Below, one piece after another: positions 22,663 to 30,541 of a stretch of DNA of 35,330 bases. Each line of letters begins with the position of its first letter. The stretch's first letter is position 1. The notes beneath the pieces are model-generated. The model made no database searches. It saw nothing but the letters and a program-made list of their open reading frames with translations, and was not told the origin of the DNA. Source of the stretch: an uncultured Candidatus Saccharibacteria bacterium (lineage in GTDB: Bacteria > Patescibacteriota > Minisyncoccia > Phycocordibacterales > JACOZG01); assembly GCA_964362645.1 (NCBI GenBank), contig CAYIFC010000002.1, positions 1-35,330 of the forward strand, in the 5' to 3' direction. Made by a program: the position numbers and the translations under genes.

Positions 22663-23892
22663 ATGCGACAATCTAAACTCTTTGCCAAAACGCGGAAGGA
22701 GGCGCCTAAAGATGAAGCTTCTAAAAATGCCATTTTATTAACCCGCGCCGGGTTTATAAGTAAGGAGATGGCGGGGGTTTACTCTTACTTACCCCTCGGT
22801 TTGCGGGTTATTAAGAAGATTGAAAACATTATTCGCCAAGAAATTAATTCTCTGGGGGCGCTTGAAGTTCTCTTACCCGCCCTCCAACCGAAAGAATCCT
22901 GGCTTACTACTGGTCGCTGGGAGTCAATGACCGATCTGTATAAATTAAAAGATGCGAGCGAGCGAGAGTTTGCGCTGGGACCGACTCACGAGGAAGTTGC
23001 CGTGCCTCTGCTTGCCCAATTCGTTTCTTCCTATCAAGACTTACCGGTGGCGCTTTATCAATTTCAAACCAAATTCCGAATGGAATTGCGAGCCAAGTCC
23101 GGCCTCCTGCGCGGTCGCGAATTTATAATGAAGGATCTATACTCGTTTCATCGTAACGAGGAAGACCTGTCTGTTTACCACGACCGTGTTGCCGAAGCTT
23201 ATAAACGAATTTTTGCCACTGTGGGACTTGGGGATTCTACTTACCAGACTCTCGCCGGTGGTGGTACTTTTGCCCAATATTCTTATGAATTCCAAACATT
23301 AACTGATGCTGGCGAAGACACTGTCCGTCTTTGCTCCAATTGTCGCCTGGCGGTAAATACCGAAATCAATAATACTCAAGCCTCTTGCCCTAAGTGCGAA
23401 GGTCCATTAGGGGAGGAAAAGAAGGCGATTGAAGTGGGCAATATTTTTAAACTCGGGACTCGCTTTACCGAGCCACTTGGTCTAACTTATAAAGACGAAG
23501 CCGGCGTGCCAACTGTGCCGGTAATGGGTTGCTACGGCATTGGTCTCGGCCGTTTAATGGGAACGGTGGCGGAAGTTTTGTCTGATAACAAAGGATTGGT
23601 GTGGCCTAAGACAATTGCGCCGTTTCAAGTACATCTCGTGGAAATCCAAAAAAACGCGGAAGAAATTTATAAAAAGTTAACTGAAGCGGGGGTAGAAGTG
23701 TTGTGGGATGACCGAGAGGTGGGTCCGGGTGAGAAGTTTGCCGATGCCGATCTCTTGGGTTTGCCAATCCGCGTGGTGGTGAGCGAACGCGCCGAAAAAG
23801 CCGGCGGGGTGGAGGTTAAAAATCGAGCCACGGGTGAATTGACAATTGTCTCTGAGGCGAAGATACTCGAAATAATCACCCCTAATGTTTGA
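22663..23892 (+). CDS. proS: Prolyl-tRNA synthetase, short bacterial-type form without the INS editing domain
   Basis: The N-terminus is SKLFAKTRKEAPKDEASKNAILLTRAGFI...GVYSYLPLGLRV. Class II motifs (RAKSGLLRGREFIMKDLYSF, GCYGIGLGRL) and the anticodon-binding C-terminus are present. It is only 409 aa, with CSNC...CPKC in place of the insertion. Confidence 0.88.
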   Translation: MRQSKLFAKTRKEAPKDEASKNAILLTRAGFISKEMAGVYSYLPLGLRVIKKIENIIRQEINSLGALEVLLPALQPKESWLTTGRWESMTDLYKLKDASEREFALGPTHEEVAVPLLAQFVSSYQDLPVALYQFQTKFRMELRAKSGLLRGREFIMKDLYSFHRNEEDLSVYHDRVAEAYKRIFATVGLGDSTYQTLAGGGTFAQYSYEFQTLTDAGEDTVRLCSNCRLAVNTEINNTQASCPKCEGPLGEEKKAIEVGNIFKLGTRFTEPLGLTYKDEAGVPTVPVMGCYGIGLGRLMGTVAEVLSDNKGLVWPKTIAPFQVHLVEIQKNAEEIYKKLTEAGVEVLWDDREVGPGEKFADADLLGLPIRVVVSERAEKAGGVEVKNRATGELTIVSEAKILEIITPNV

Positions 23893-24937
23893 GCGTTTAT
23901 ACAAACTTTTTTCGCACGATATTGGTATTGACCTAGGCACAGCCAATACGCTCGTTTATGTGAAAGGCCATGGGATTGTCGTCACCGACCCTTCGATTGT
24001 GGCGATCAACCAAAAGACCGACCGGATCGTGGCGATTGGCAATGACGCCAAGCAGATGCTTGGTCGGACGCCCGCCCACCTCTCTATTGTCCGTCCTCTC
24101 GTTGATGGTGTTATCTCCAATTTCGAAATTACTGAGGAGATGCTGTCTTACTTTATTAAACGCGTCGGTGCACTCCAGCCACGGAAGTATTTACGACCGC
24201 AAGTTTTGATTGGTGTCCCGTCTGGGATCACAAACGTGGAGATCCGGGCCGTACGTGATGCGGCGAGTAACGCGGGAGCGCGGATCGTGCACATTGTTGA
24301 AGAACCGATGGCCGCGGCGATTGGTATTCGTATGCCGGTGGGCGATCCGGTCGGCAACATGATCGTCGACATCGGCGGTGGTACCACTGATGTGGCGGTA
24401 ATCTCACTTGGCGGTATCGTTCAGTCGCGAAACTTACGCATCGCCGGTGATCGTCTCAATCGCGATATTATTACCTATGTCCGTGATGAGTTTAAAATTT
24501 TGTTGGGCGAGAAGACCGCGGAAGAGGTTAAAATCGCGATCGGTTCAGTTTGGAAACAGCGCGAGCCGCTGGAGGCGACTATTCGTGGTCGTGATTTGGT
24601 GACCGGTTTGCCGAAAGAAGTAATCATCACCGACGCCGATATCAAAGAAGCGATCGGTCACTCGATTGCCACCTTGGTTGATGGAATTAAAGAAGTTTTG
24701 GAGACGACGCCGCCGGAAGTGGTGTCCGACATTATGCACAAAGGTTTAGTGCTCGTGGGCGGCGGGGCGATGCTCCAAGGGATGAAGGAGCTTTTGGAAT
24801 ATGAGCTTAAGATCCCGGTGACAATTGCCGACGACCCACTCACGGCGGTCGTGCGGGGGACTGGTCTTATTTTGGAGGATCTAGAGAAGTATCAAGATAT
24901 ATTGCTTCGTGATGATAACGAATTACCGCCCAAATAA
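23885..24937 (+). CDS. mreB: Rod-shape determining actin-like protein MreB, paralog 2
   Basis: Motifs include GIDLGTANTLVYV, PSGITNVEIRAV, DIGGGTTDVAVISLGGIV and LVGGGAMLQGM. The start overlaps the proS stop (ATGTTTGA). Confidence 0.9.
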   Translation: MFERLYKLFSHDIGIDLGTANTLVYVKGHGIVVTDPSIVAINQKTDRIVAIGNDAKQMLGRTPAHLSIVRPLVDGVISNFEITEEMLSYFIKRVGALQPRKYLRPQVLIGVPSGITNVEIRAVRDAASNAGARIVHIVEEPMAAAIGIRMPVGDPVGNMIVDIGGGTTDVAVISLGGIVQSRNLRIAGDRLNRDIITYVRDEFKILLGEKTAEEVKIAIGSVWKQREPLEATIRGRDLVTGLPKEVIITDADIKEAIGHSIATLVDGIKEVLETTPPEVVSDIMHKGLVLVGGGAMLQGMKELLEYELKIPVTIADDPLTAVVRGTGLILEDLEKYQDILLRDDNELPPK

Positions 24938-25670
24938 GCGCCGCTTTCCTCGCTTAACGAAAGTCTTGACGCCGATCGTGGTAGTTGGGCTCCTTTACTT
25001 AGCCTCACTAACTGGTTTGCTCCAGTCACTGGAGCGGCTAGCTCTGGCTTTAGCACGCCCGCTCTGGAGTATAAGTGCTAACGAAGAAGCTACGTTAGAG
25101 CAGCAGGTGGCCACTCTTGAGCGCCAACTTCTGGCGGCAGGCTTGGAGCACTCAGAGCTTGAGTCGTTACGAGCCATCTTTAATCGCGAGCAATCTCTCA
25201 AACCTAAGACCGTTGGTTCTATTTTGGCGCGGCCGCCGACTTCGCCTTACGACACTTTAGTTATTGATGTTGGCCAGTCGGCGCATGTAATCTTGGGCGA
25301 TCTGGTAGTTGTCGACGGGTCGATTATTCTGGGCGAAATCGTGGAAGTCTATCCGCGTACCGCTAAGGCCCGGCTCTACTCTTGGCCTGAACACAAACTA
25401 GCTGTAACGGTGGCCGGGCAATCTGCTGGTGTGGAAGCAGTGGGGCGTGGTGGTGGCAACTTTAAACTTGATTTACCGCGTGAGTTGGAAATTGGGACCA
25501 GTACGCTCGTTACCGTCCCGGCCTTGGGTCGAGAGCTGGTATTGGCGGTGGTTGGTGACGTGGAGCGCACCGCGAGTGATCCTTTCCAATACGTTTACGC
25601 CCGATCACCAGTTAACCTCTATCAGCTCAAGCAAGTCGAAATTTATGACGCGACAACGATTGGTAGCTAA
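24909..25670 (+). CDS. mreC: Rod shape-determining protein MreC
   Basis: An N-terminal TM helix and coiled coil (LEQQVATLERQLLAAGLEHSELESL) are followed by RPPTSPYDTLVIDVGQSAHVILGDLVV...ILGEIVEVYPRTAKARL. It lies between mreB and a class B PBP. Confidence 0.75.
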   Translation: MMITNYRPNKRRFPRLTKVLTPIVVVGLLYLASLTGLLQSLERLALALARPLWSISANEEATLEQQVATLERQLLAAGLEHSELESLRAIFNREQSLKPKTVGSILARPPTSPYDTLVIDVGQSAHVILGDLVVVDGSIILGEIVEVYPRTAKARLYSWPEHKLAVTVAGQSAGVEAVGRGGGNFKLDLPRELEIGTSTLVTVPALGRELVLAVVGDVERTASDPFQYVYARSPVNLYQLKQVEIYDATTIGS

Positions 25671-25905
25671 TACTGCTCTCTTAATAAGCGTATTATATTT
25701 GCCCTGGTGGATCACTGTGGCGTTGGCAGTTGTTGGTTTGTTTAGTTTTAACCGATTTTTTGAACTGATTATTTTTATGTTGGTGATCGATCTTTTGTAT
25801 GGCGCTCCTGGTGCCGGCTTTTGGTCTTATCCCTTTTTGTTTTCCTCTGCGGCGGTGTTGGCTTTGCCCATAGTTGAGTCAGCGAAAAAGCGGTTTAGAA
25901 TTTAA
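25645..25905 (+). CDS. mreD: Small polytopic membrane protein, possible minimal MreD
   Basis: An internal ATG at 25645 within ORF 25429-25905 gives 86 aa with 2-3 hydrophobic helices (ALLISVLYLPWWITVALAVVGLF, LIIFMLVIDLLYG, FLFSSAAVLALPIV). The assignment rests on position only. Confidence 0.35.
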   Translation: MTRQRLVANTALLISVLYLPWWITVALAVVGLFSFNRFFELIIFMLVIDLLYGAPGAGFWSYPFLFSSAAVLALPIVESAKKRFRI

Positions 25906-25908
25906 ATT

Positions 25909-27573
25909 ATGAGACGCAAACACTATCGCTCTCTTGATCCGGACGAAGTCTTTCTTGATTCACGTAATCTGCCGTCGTTCGATAATCAGCAGTTTGAGGG
26001 CCGGATCGAACAGCCAATTAGCAAGTCCGTTTTAGTCGTTGTTAGTTTGTTAATTGCCACCATACTTTTGATCTTGTTTGGTCAGGTAGTCAATCTCCAA
26101 GCCTTTCAGGGCGACAATTTCCGTTTGCGCAGCGAATCCAATACTCTGCGTCATACGCCGCTTTTTCCCGAGCGCGGCGTTATTTATGATCGCAATGGGG
26201 AGGAGTTGGCTTGGAATAATCCTGATCGGCATTACGCTTCCAGTACCGGCTTGGCCCACGTTTTGGGTTATATCAGTTATCCTAACGAAGAAGAGTTGTC
26301 TACCGGCGATTATTTTCCCACTGAATATTTAGGTCGAGCAGGAGTGGAACGCTCCTTTAATGACTTGCTCCGCGGCCAAGTCGGTGTCCAAATTGAGGAA
26401 GTAGATGTCCGCGGGGAACTTACTTCGGATTATTTGCTCGCGACTCCAGAAGATGGAAAGGATCTGACGCTCTCTATTGATCGGAGTGTTCAAAGCCAAC
26501 TTTACAAATTGATTAAGCAAACAGCCGAGGAGCGTGGGTTCACGGGAGGGGCAGGCGTAATCATTAATGCCCAAACCGGCGAACTGTTGGCTCTCACTAG
26601 TTACCCGGAATACGATTCAAATTTTATCTCGGGCGGCGCGGAGCCGGAAACACTCCAGAGATATTTTAATGACCAACGAAAGCCATTTTTGGACCGAGCA
26701 CTCGTTGGTCTCTATACTCCGGGCTCAATCGTTAAACCAATTATGGCCCTCGGCGCGCTGACTGAAAAAATTATTACACCTGAAAAGGAGATTGTGAGTA
26801 CTGGCGCGCTTAAGTTGCCTAACCCGTTTGTTCCCGGCGAATTCTCTGTTTTTAAAGATTGGAAGGCGCATGGGGCAACGGATATGCGCCGAGCTATCGC
26901 TGTATCTTCCGATGTTTACTTTTACCAGATTGGTGGAGGTTTTGAAGACCAACCCGGCTTAGGAATTGATCGGATTGATAAGTATGCCCAACTTTTCGGG
27001 TTAGGTAGCGCTACTGGTCTAGAGGTTTTGAAAGAGGAAAGTGGAAATATTCCGACTCGCGAGTGGAAGGCGGCGACTTTCCCCGATGATCCAACTTGGC
27101 GCATTGGTAACACCTATCACACTGTCATTGGTCAGTACGGTTTCCAAGTAACGCCGATCCAGATGGCCCGAGCAGTGGCTGGTATTGCGACTGGCAAATT
27201 ATTAACACCCCAAATTTTAGCCAGCAGTACGCCCAAGGTGGCAGTCGATATTACCAAGACTATTTCCCCCCAAGACTTTAAGGTGGTGAGGGAGGGGATG
27301 CGCCTTTCGGTCATCGAAGGGACGGCGGCCGCACTGTCGATACCGGCGGTCGCTGTGGCTGGTAAAACTGGCACGGCCGAGCTTGGTACAACCAAGAAAG
27401 AAGTCAATTCTTGGGTGGTTGGTTACTTCCCCTACGAAGCGCCGCGCTATGCCTTTGCGGTGGTGATGGAGAAGGGGTCAAGCTTGAATTTGATAGGTAG
27501 TTCCTCGGTCATGCGGCAATTGCTCGACTGGCTAACGATCTATGCGCCAGAATATTTGACCACCACGCCTTAG
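25909..27573 (+). CDS. mrdA: Class B penicillin-binding protein (PBP2-type elongation transpeptidase)
   Basis: An N-terminal TM helix is present. The motifs are SIVKP (SxxK), SSD and KTGTAE. The gene context is mreBCD. Confidence 0.85.
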   Translation: MRRKHYRSLDPDEVFLDSRNLPSFDNQQFEGRIEQPISKSVLVVVSLLIATILLILFGQVVNLQAFQGDNFRLRSESNTLRHTPLFPERGVIYDRNGEELAWNNPDRHYASSTGLAHVLGYISYPNEEELSTGDYFPTEYLGRAGVERSFNDLLRGQVGVQIEEVDVRGELTSDYLLATPEDGKDLTLSIDRSVQSQLYKLIKQTAEERGFTGGAGVIINAQTGELLALTSYPEYDSNFISGGAEPETLQRYFNDQRKPFLDRALVGLYTPGSIVKPIMALGALTEKIITPEKEIVSTGALKLPNPFVPGEFSVFKDWKAHGATDMRRAIAVSSDVYFYQIGGGFEDQPGLGIDRIDKYAQLFGLGSATGLEVLKEESGNIPTREWKAATFPDDPTWRIGNTYHTVIGQYGFQVTPIQMARAVAGIATGKLLTPQILASSTPKVAVDITKTISPQDFKVVREGMRLSVIEGTAAALSIPAVAVAGKTGTAELGTTKKEVNSWVVGYFPYEAPRYAFAVVMEKGSSLNLIGSSSVMRQLLDWLTIYAPEYLTTTP

Positions 27574-27585
27574 GCCTGTTAGAAT
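27556..27585 (+). promoter_or_regulatory. Putative greA promoter TTGACC-18 nt-TAGAAT, inside the 3' end of mrdA
   Basis: TTGACC is at 27556-27561 and TAGAAT at 27580-27585. The ATG at 27596 is 10 nt after the -10, and there is no SD. Confidence 0.45.
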
Positions 27586-27595
27586 AGACCCCAAC

Positions 27596-28069
27596 ATGGA
27601 TAAATCTAAAGAAAAGCATTATTTGAGCCAGGAAAAGTGTGATGAGTTGGTGGCCGAGCTTTCTAATCTAAAAACTATTAAGCGCAAAGAGATTGCTGAG
27701 CGGCTCGAGTTTGCTAAATCTCTAGGTGATTTGTCCGAGAATGCCGAGTACCATTCGGCGCGCGAGGAGCAAGCCGACACGGAAGATCGGATCGGACAAA
27801 TCGAAAATATTTTAAAAACTTGTGAGATCATAACCCAACATCATGGCGGGACAGTACAAGTTGGTTCTAAGGTGGTGGTTAAAAAGTCGAGCGACAAAAG
27901 CGAATCCGAACTCTTGATCGTTGGCCCAGAAGAGGTGGATCCAACCCAGGGCAAAATTTCTTACCTCTCACCCTTAGGTTCTAAGTTGATGGGCAATAAG
28001 CCTGGTAGTAAAATTAGTGTTACGACTCCCAAGGGTCAATTGGCTTACGAGATTGTTAAAATAAAATAA
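27596..28069 (+). CDS. greA: Transcription elongation factor GreA
   Basis: The sequence LSQEKCDELVAELSNLKTIKRKEIAERLEFAKSLGDLSENAEYHSAREEQ is typical of the GreA coiled-coil N-terminus. Confidence 0.9.
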   Translation: MDKSKEKHYLSQEKCDELVAELSNLKTIKRKEIAERLEFAKSLGDLSENAEYHSAREEQADTEDRIGQIENILKTCEIITQHHGGTVQVGSKVVVKKSSDKSESELLIVGPEEVDPTQGKISYLSPLGSKLMGNKPGSKISVTTPKGQLAYEIVKIK

Positions 28070-28070
28070 C

Positions 28071-29543
28071 ATGGCATCACTTGATGAGGTAAGGTCCGCG
28101 CGGTCGGGGAAGCTCGCTCGTCTTAAAGAGCTCGGGCGCGAGTCCTACCCGATTACTACCACGGCTAACATTGACGCCGCCGGAGCGGTCAAACGTTTTG
28201 CTACTTTGGTCAAAAGTCAGAAGGCGGTAAAGATCGCTGGCCGAGTAATGGCGATGCGCGGTCAGGGGGCGATTACCTTTATCGACTTAGTTGATGATTC
28301 GGGTAAGCTCCAGGTGCTGGCCAAAGAGGACGATCTGGGTGCGGACGCTTTTGCTCATTTGGTAGAAACGGTTGATATTGGAGACTGGATAGAATTTTCG
28401 GGTTCACTTTTTCTTACTAAACGGGAGGAGAAGACTCTGCTCGCAAAAAGTTGGACGATGCTCGCCAAGAGTCTGCGGCCATTACCCGACAAGTGGCATG
28501 GTCTGCAGGATGTGGAAGAGCGTTTCCGTCGCCGTTACTTGGATAGCTTAATGGATCCAGAGGTTAAAAAGCGTTTTGAAACCAGGGCAAAAATAATAAA
28601 AGGCATTCGTGAATATTTAGATAATGAAGATTATTTAGAAGTAGAGACGCCGATGCTTCAAGCGCAAGCTGGGGGGGCAAGTGCCGAGCCGTTCAAGACT
28701 CATCACAACGCACTCGAGCTCGATCTTTTTTTACGTATTTCGCCGGAGCTTTATTTAAAAAGAATGTTGGTTGGCGGCTTCCCGCGTGTTTATGAACTCG
28801 GCCGCAACTTCCGCAACGAGGGGATTGATGCGACCCATAACCCCGAGTTTACGATGCTTGAGTTTTACGAAGCGTTTGCTGATGCGGCCGCGATGCGTGA
28901 TCGGGTAGAAACTTTATTTAAAAAATTAGTTAAAGAGATTTTTGGCCGGAGCAAGTTTAGTTACCAGGGCACGATGATCGATCTCACCGACTCCTTCCGT
29001 GTTATCACCTTTTACGATCTGCTCAAGCGCCATGCGTTGATTGCTGATCCGGCCATCGCTACGCGCGAAGAGCTCGCTTTGAAAGCCAGTCAGTTTGCCA
29101 TTAAAATTGAGCCAAGTGATGGGCGAGAAAAGATTCTGGATGCGATTTATAAAAAAGTGTGCCGGCCGAAATTAATCCAACCAACTTTCGTTATTGATTA
29201 CCCGCGCGATTATCTGCCACTCGCTAAGGCCAAACTCGAAAATCCTGCTCTGGTTGATGCCTTCCAGTTAATAATTGGCGGTCTAGAAGTAGTCAAAGCT
29301 TTTTCGGAACTAAATGATCCAGTAGATCAAGCCGAACGCTTTACAGCGCAGGAAGCCAAGCGCAAAGAAGGCGATAAAGAGGCTCAAACTTTTGATAAAG
29401 ATTATGTCGAAGCGCTCGAGTACGGTATGCCGCCAGCCGGCGGCGTCGGCATCGGTATTGATCGCCTCACCATGCTCCTCACCGACACCACCAACATCCG
29501 CGAAGTCATCTTCTTCCCCCTCCTCCGCCCAAAATCCGACTAA
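28071..29543 (+). CDS. lysS: Lysyl-tRNA synthetase, class II
   Basis: It has an OB-fold N-terminus and the motifs FRRRYLD, VETPMLQ, YELGRNFRNEGID, EFTMLEFY and GMPPAGGVGIGIDRL. Confidence 0.92.
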   Translation: MASLDEVRSARSGKLARLKELGRESYPITTTANIDAAGAVKRFATLVKSQKAVKIAGRVMAMRGQGAITFIDLVDDSGKLQVLAKEDDLGADAFAHLVETVDIGDWIEFSGSLFLTKREEKTLLAKSWTMLAKSLRPLPDKWHGLQDVEERFRRRYLDSLMDPEVKKRFETRAKIIKGIREYLDNEDYLEVETPMLQAQAGGASAEPFKTHHNALELDLFLRISPELYLKRMLVGGFPRVYELGRNFRNEGIDATHNPEFTMLEFYEAFADAAAMRDRVETLFKKLVKEIFGRSKFSYQGTMIDLTDSFRVITFYDLLKRHALIADPAIATREELALKASQFAIKIEPSDGREKILDAIYKKVCRPKLIQPTFVIDYPRDYLPLAKAKLENPALVDAFQLIIGGLEVVKAFSELNDPVDQAERFTAQEAKRKEGDKEAQTFDKDYVEALEYGMPPAGGVGIGIDRLTMLLTDTTNIREVIFFPLLRPKSD

Positions 29544-29836
29544 AAAACTGCGGTAAGGATTTGAACAACAAGGATTATCGACATAATAAAAACAAGAGCT
29601 TGCCTGGGAAAGTGGAATTTGATGTCGTCGGCTATTGTTCTAGAGTGCTCGTCAGATAGCCGCCCAAAAAGGGACCAAATTAGTGTAAAAAGCAGGGCGC
29701 ATCGGAAAATAAACGGAATCATATTGTACATATCATCAAGTAAGCCTGGCACTGATCGATATAACCAATAGATTTCTGAAAAGAAACAGTAAACTGACAA
29801 TAAAATGGTCAGTATTTTCTTGCTGGTTATTACCAT
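29540..29836 (-). CDS. Hypothetical 98-aa polytopic membrane protein
   Basis: It has three hydrophobic segments. A perfect TATAAT (minus strand, 29848-29843) lies 6 nt before the ATG, with no SD. Its 3' end overlaps the lysS stop by 4 nt (convergent). The region is AT-richer than its neighbours. Confidence 0.5.
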   Translation of the reverse strand: MVITSKKILTILLSVYCFFSEIYWLYRSVPGLLDDMYNMIPFIFRCALLFTLIWSLFGRLSDEHSRTIADDIKFHFPRQALVFIMSIILVVQILTAVF

Positions 29837-29891
29837 CCTTTAATTATACAACATCTCTCGATCTGGGTATTGCAATCGAGTATTTCTGCAT

Positions 29892-29927
29892 AAACATTCT
29901 CACATTCTCAAGAATGTTGGAATGTTT
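29892..29927. repeat. Conserved hairpin element, copy 3 (inverted orientation)
   Basis: The reverse complement of the 28-nt core lies at 29896-29923. Here the outer stem is extended (aaacattc/gaatgttt), and on the plus strand it is followed by a T-run. Confidence 0.65.
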
Positions 29928-29938
29928 TTGTGTCTGAA

Positions 29939-29995
29939 TTTAACCCTCTCTTAGGGTAAGAGAGGGTCGAGCCGTAGGCCGGGGTGAGTTAGGTA
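29939..29995. repeat. Palindromic intergenic element copy B
   Basis: The sequence is tttaaccctctcttagggtaagagagggtcgagccgtaggccggggtgagttaggta. It has the same ends as copy A. Its hairpin arm differs by a compensated pair (ctcct/aggag in A versus ctctt/aagag in B). Confidence 0.6.
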
Positions 29996-30044
29996 ATCTA
30001 CCTTCACTATAAACACATAGGTAATGTGGATAAGTAGGGTAGGC

Positions 30045-30097
30045 AAGTGGGAGAAAGTGGTTTAAAATTAGGGGGTAGTGGGTTAAAGTGGTAAACT
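30045..30097 (+). promoter_or_regulatory. Four phased MraZ-box-like direct repeats overlapping an extended -10 promoter (TGgTAAACT) of mraZ
   Basis: The boxes are AAGTGGG (30045-30051), AAGTGGT (30055-30061), TAGTGGG (30076-30082) and AAGTGGT (30086-30092), with starts spaced 10, 21 and 10 nt. TAAACT is at 30092-30097, 6 nt before ATG 30104. Confidence 0.6.
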
Positions 30098-30103
30098 AGA
30101 AAA

Positions 30104-30538
30104 ATGTTGATCGGAGAGCATCGCCATAGTCTCGACGCGAAGAAGCGGGTGGCGATCCCCGCTAGTTTTCGCTCGCTCCTTGGCAAAAAAGTAGTCCTCA
30201 CTCGTGGTTTGGACAACTGCTTGTTTATCTATCCGCTCAAACAGTGGCAGCAAGTGCTGGAGAAGCTCGCCAAACTCCCGCTTGGCCGCGCCGACACTCG
30301 GAGTTTCCACCGCTTTATGCTCGCTGGGGCCGTGGAGCAGGAAGTCGATGGTTTGGGTCGCATCTTGATTCCCGATTTCTTAAAGGAATTTGCCGGACTC
30401 AAGAGTAAGGTGGTAATTGCCGGTATCCACGAGCGGTTGGAGGTGTGGGACGAGAAGCGTTGGAAGGAGCAGACAACGCGGATTGAAAAGCAGGCCGATG
30501 TGCTAGCCGAAAAGTTGGGTGAGATTGGCATTCTCTAG
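30104..30538 (+). CDS. mraZ: Division/cell wall cluster transcriptional regulator MraZ
   Basis: Two SpoVT-AbrB-type repeats are present: LDAKKRVAIPASFR and VDGLGRILIPDFL. Confidence 0.92.
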   Translation: MLIGEHRHSLDAKKRVAIPASFRSLLGKKVVLTRGLDNCLFIYPLKQWQQVLEKLAKLPLGRADTRSFHRFMLAGAVEQEVDGLGRILIPDFLKEFAGLKSKVVIAGIHERLEVWDEKRWKEQTTRIEKQADVLAEKLGEIGIL

Positions 30539-30541
30539 AAC

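Noticed and set aside
25429-25644. 5' part of ORF 25429-25905 overlapping mreC in another frame
   Set aside because: That translation is hydrophilic and not MreD-like, and it overlaps 242 nt of mreC. The hydrophobic protein begins at the internal ATG 25645.
1010-29923. The 28-nt repeat as a CRISPR repeat
   Set aside because: There are only three copies, they lie kilobases apart, one is inverted, and there is no regular spacer architecture or cas gene.
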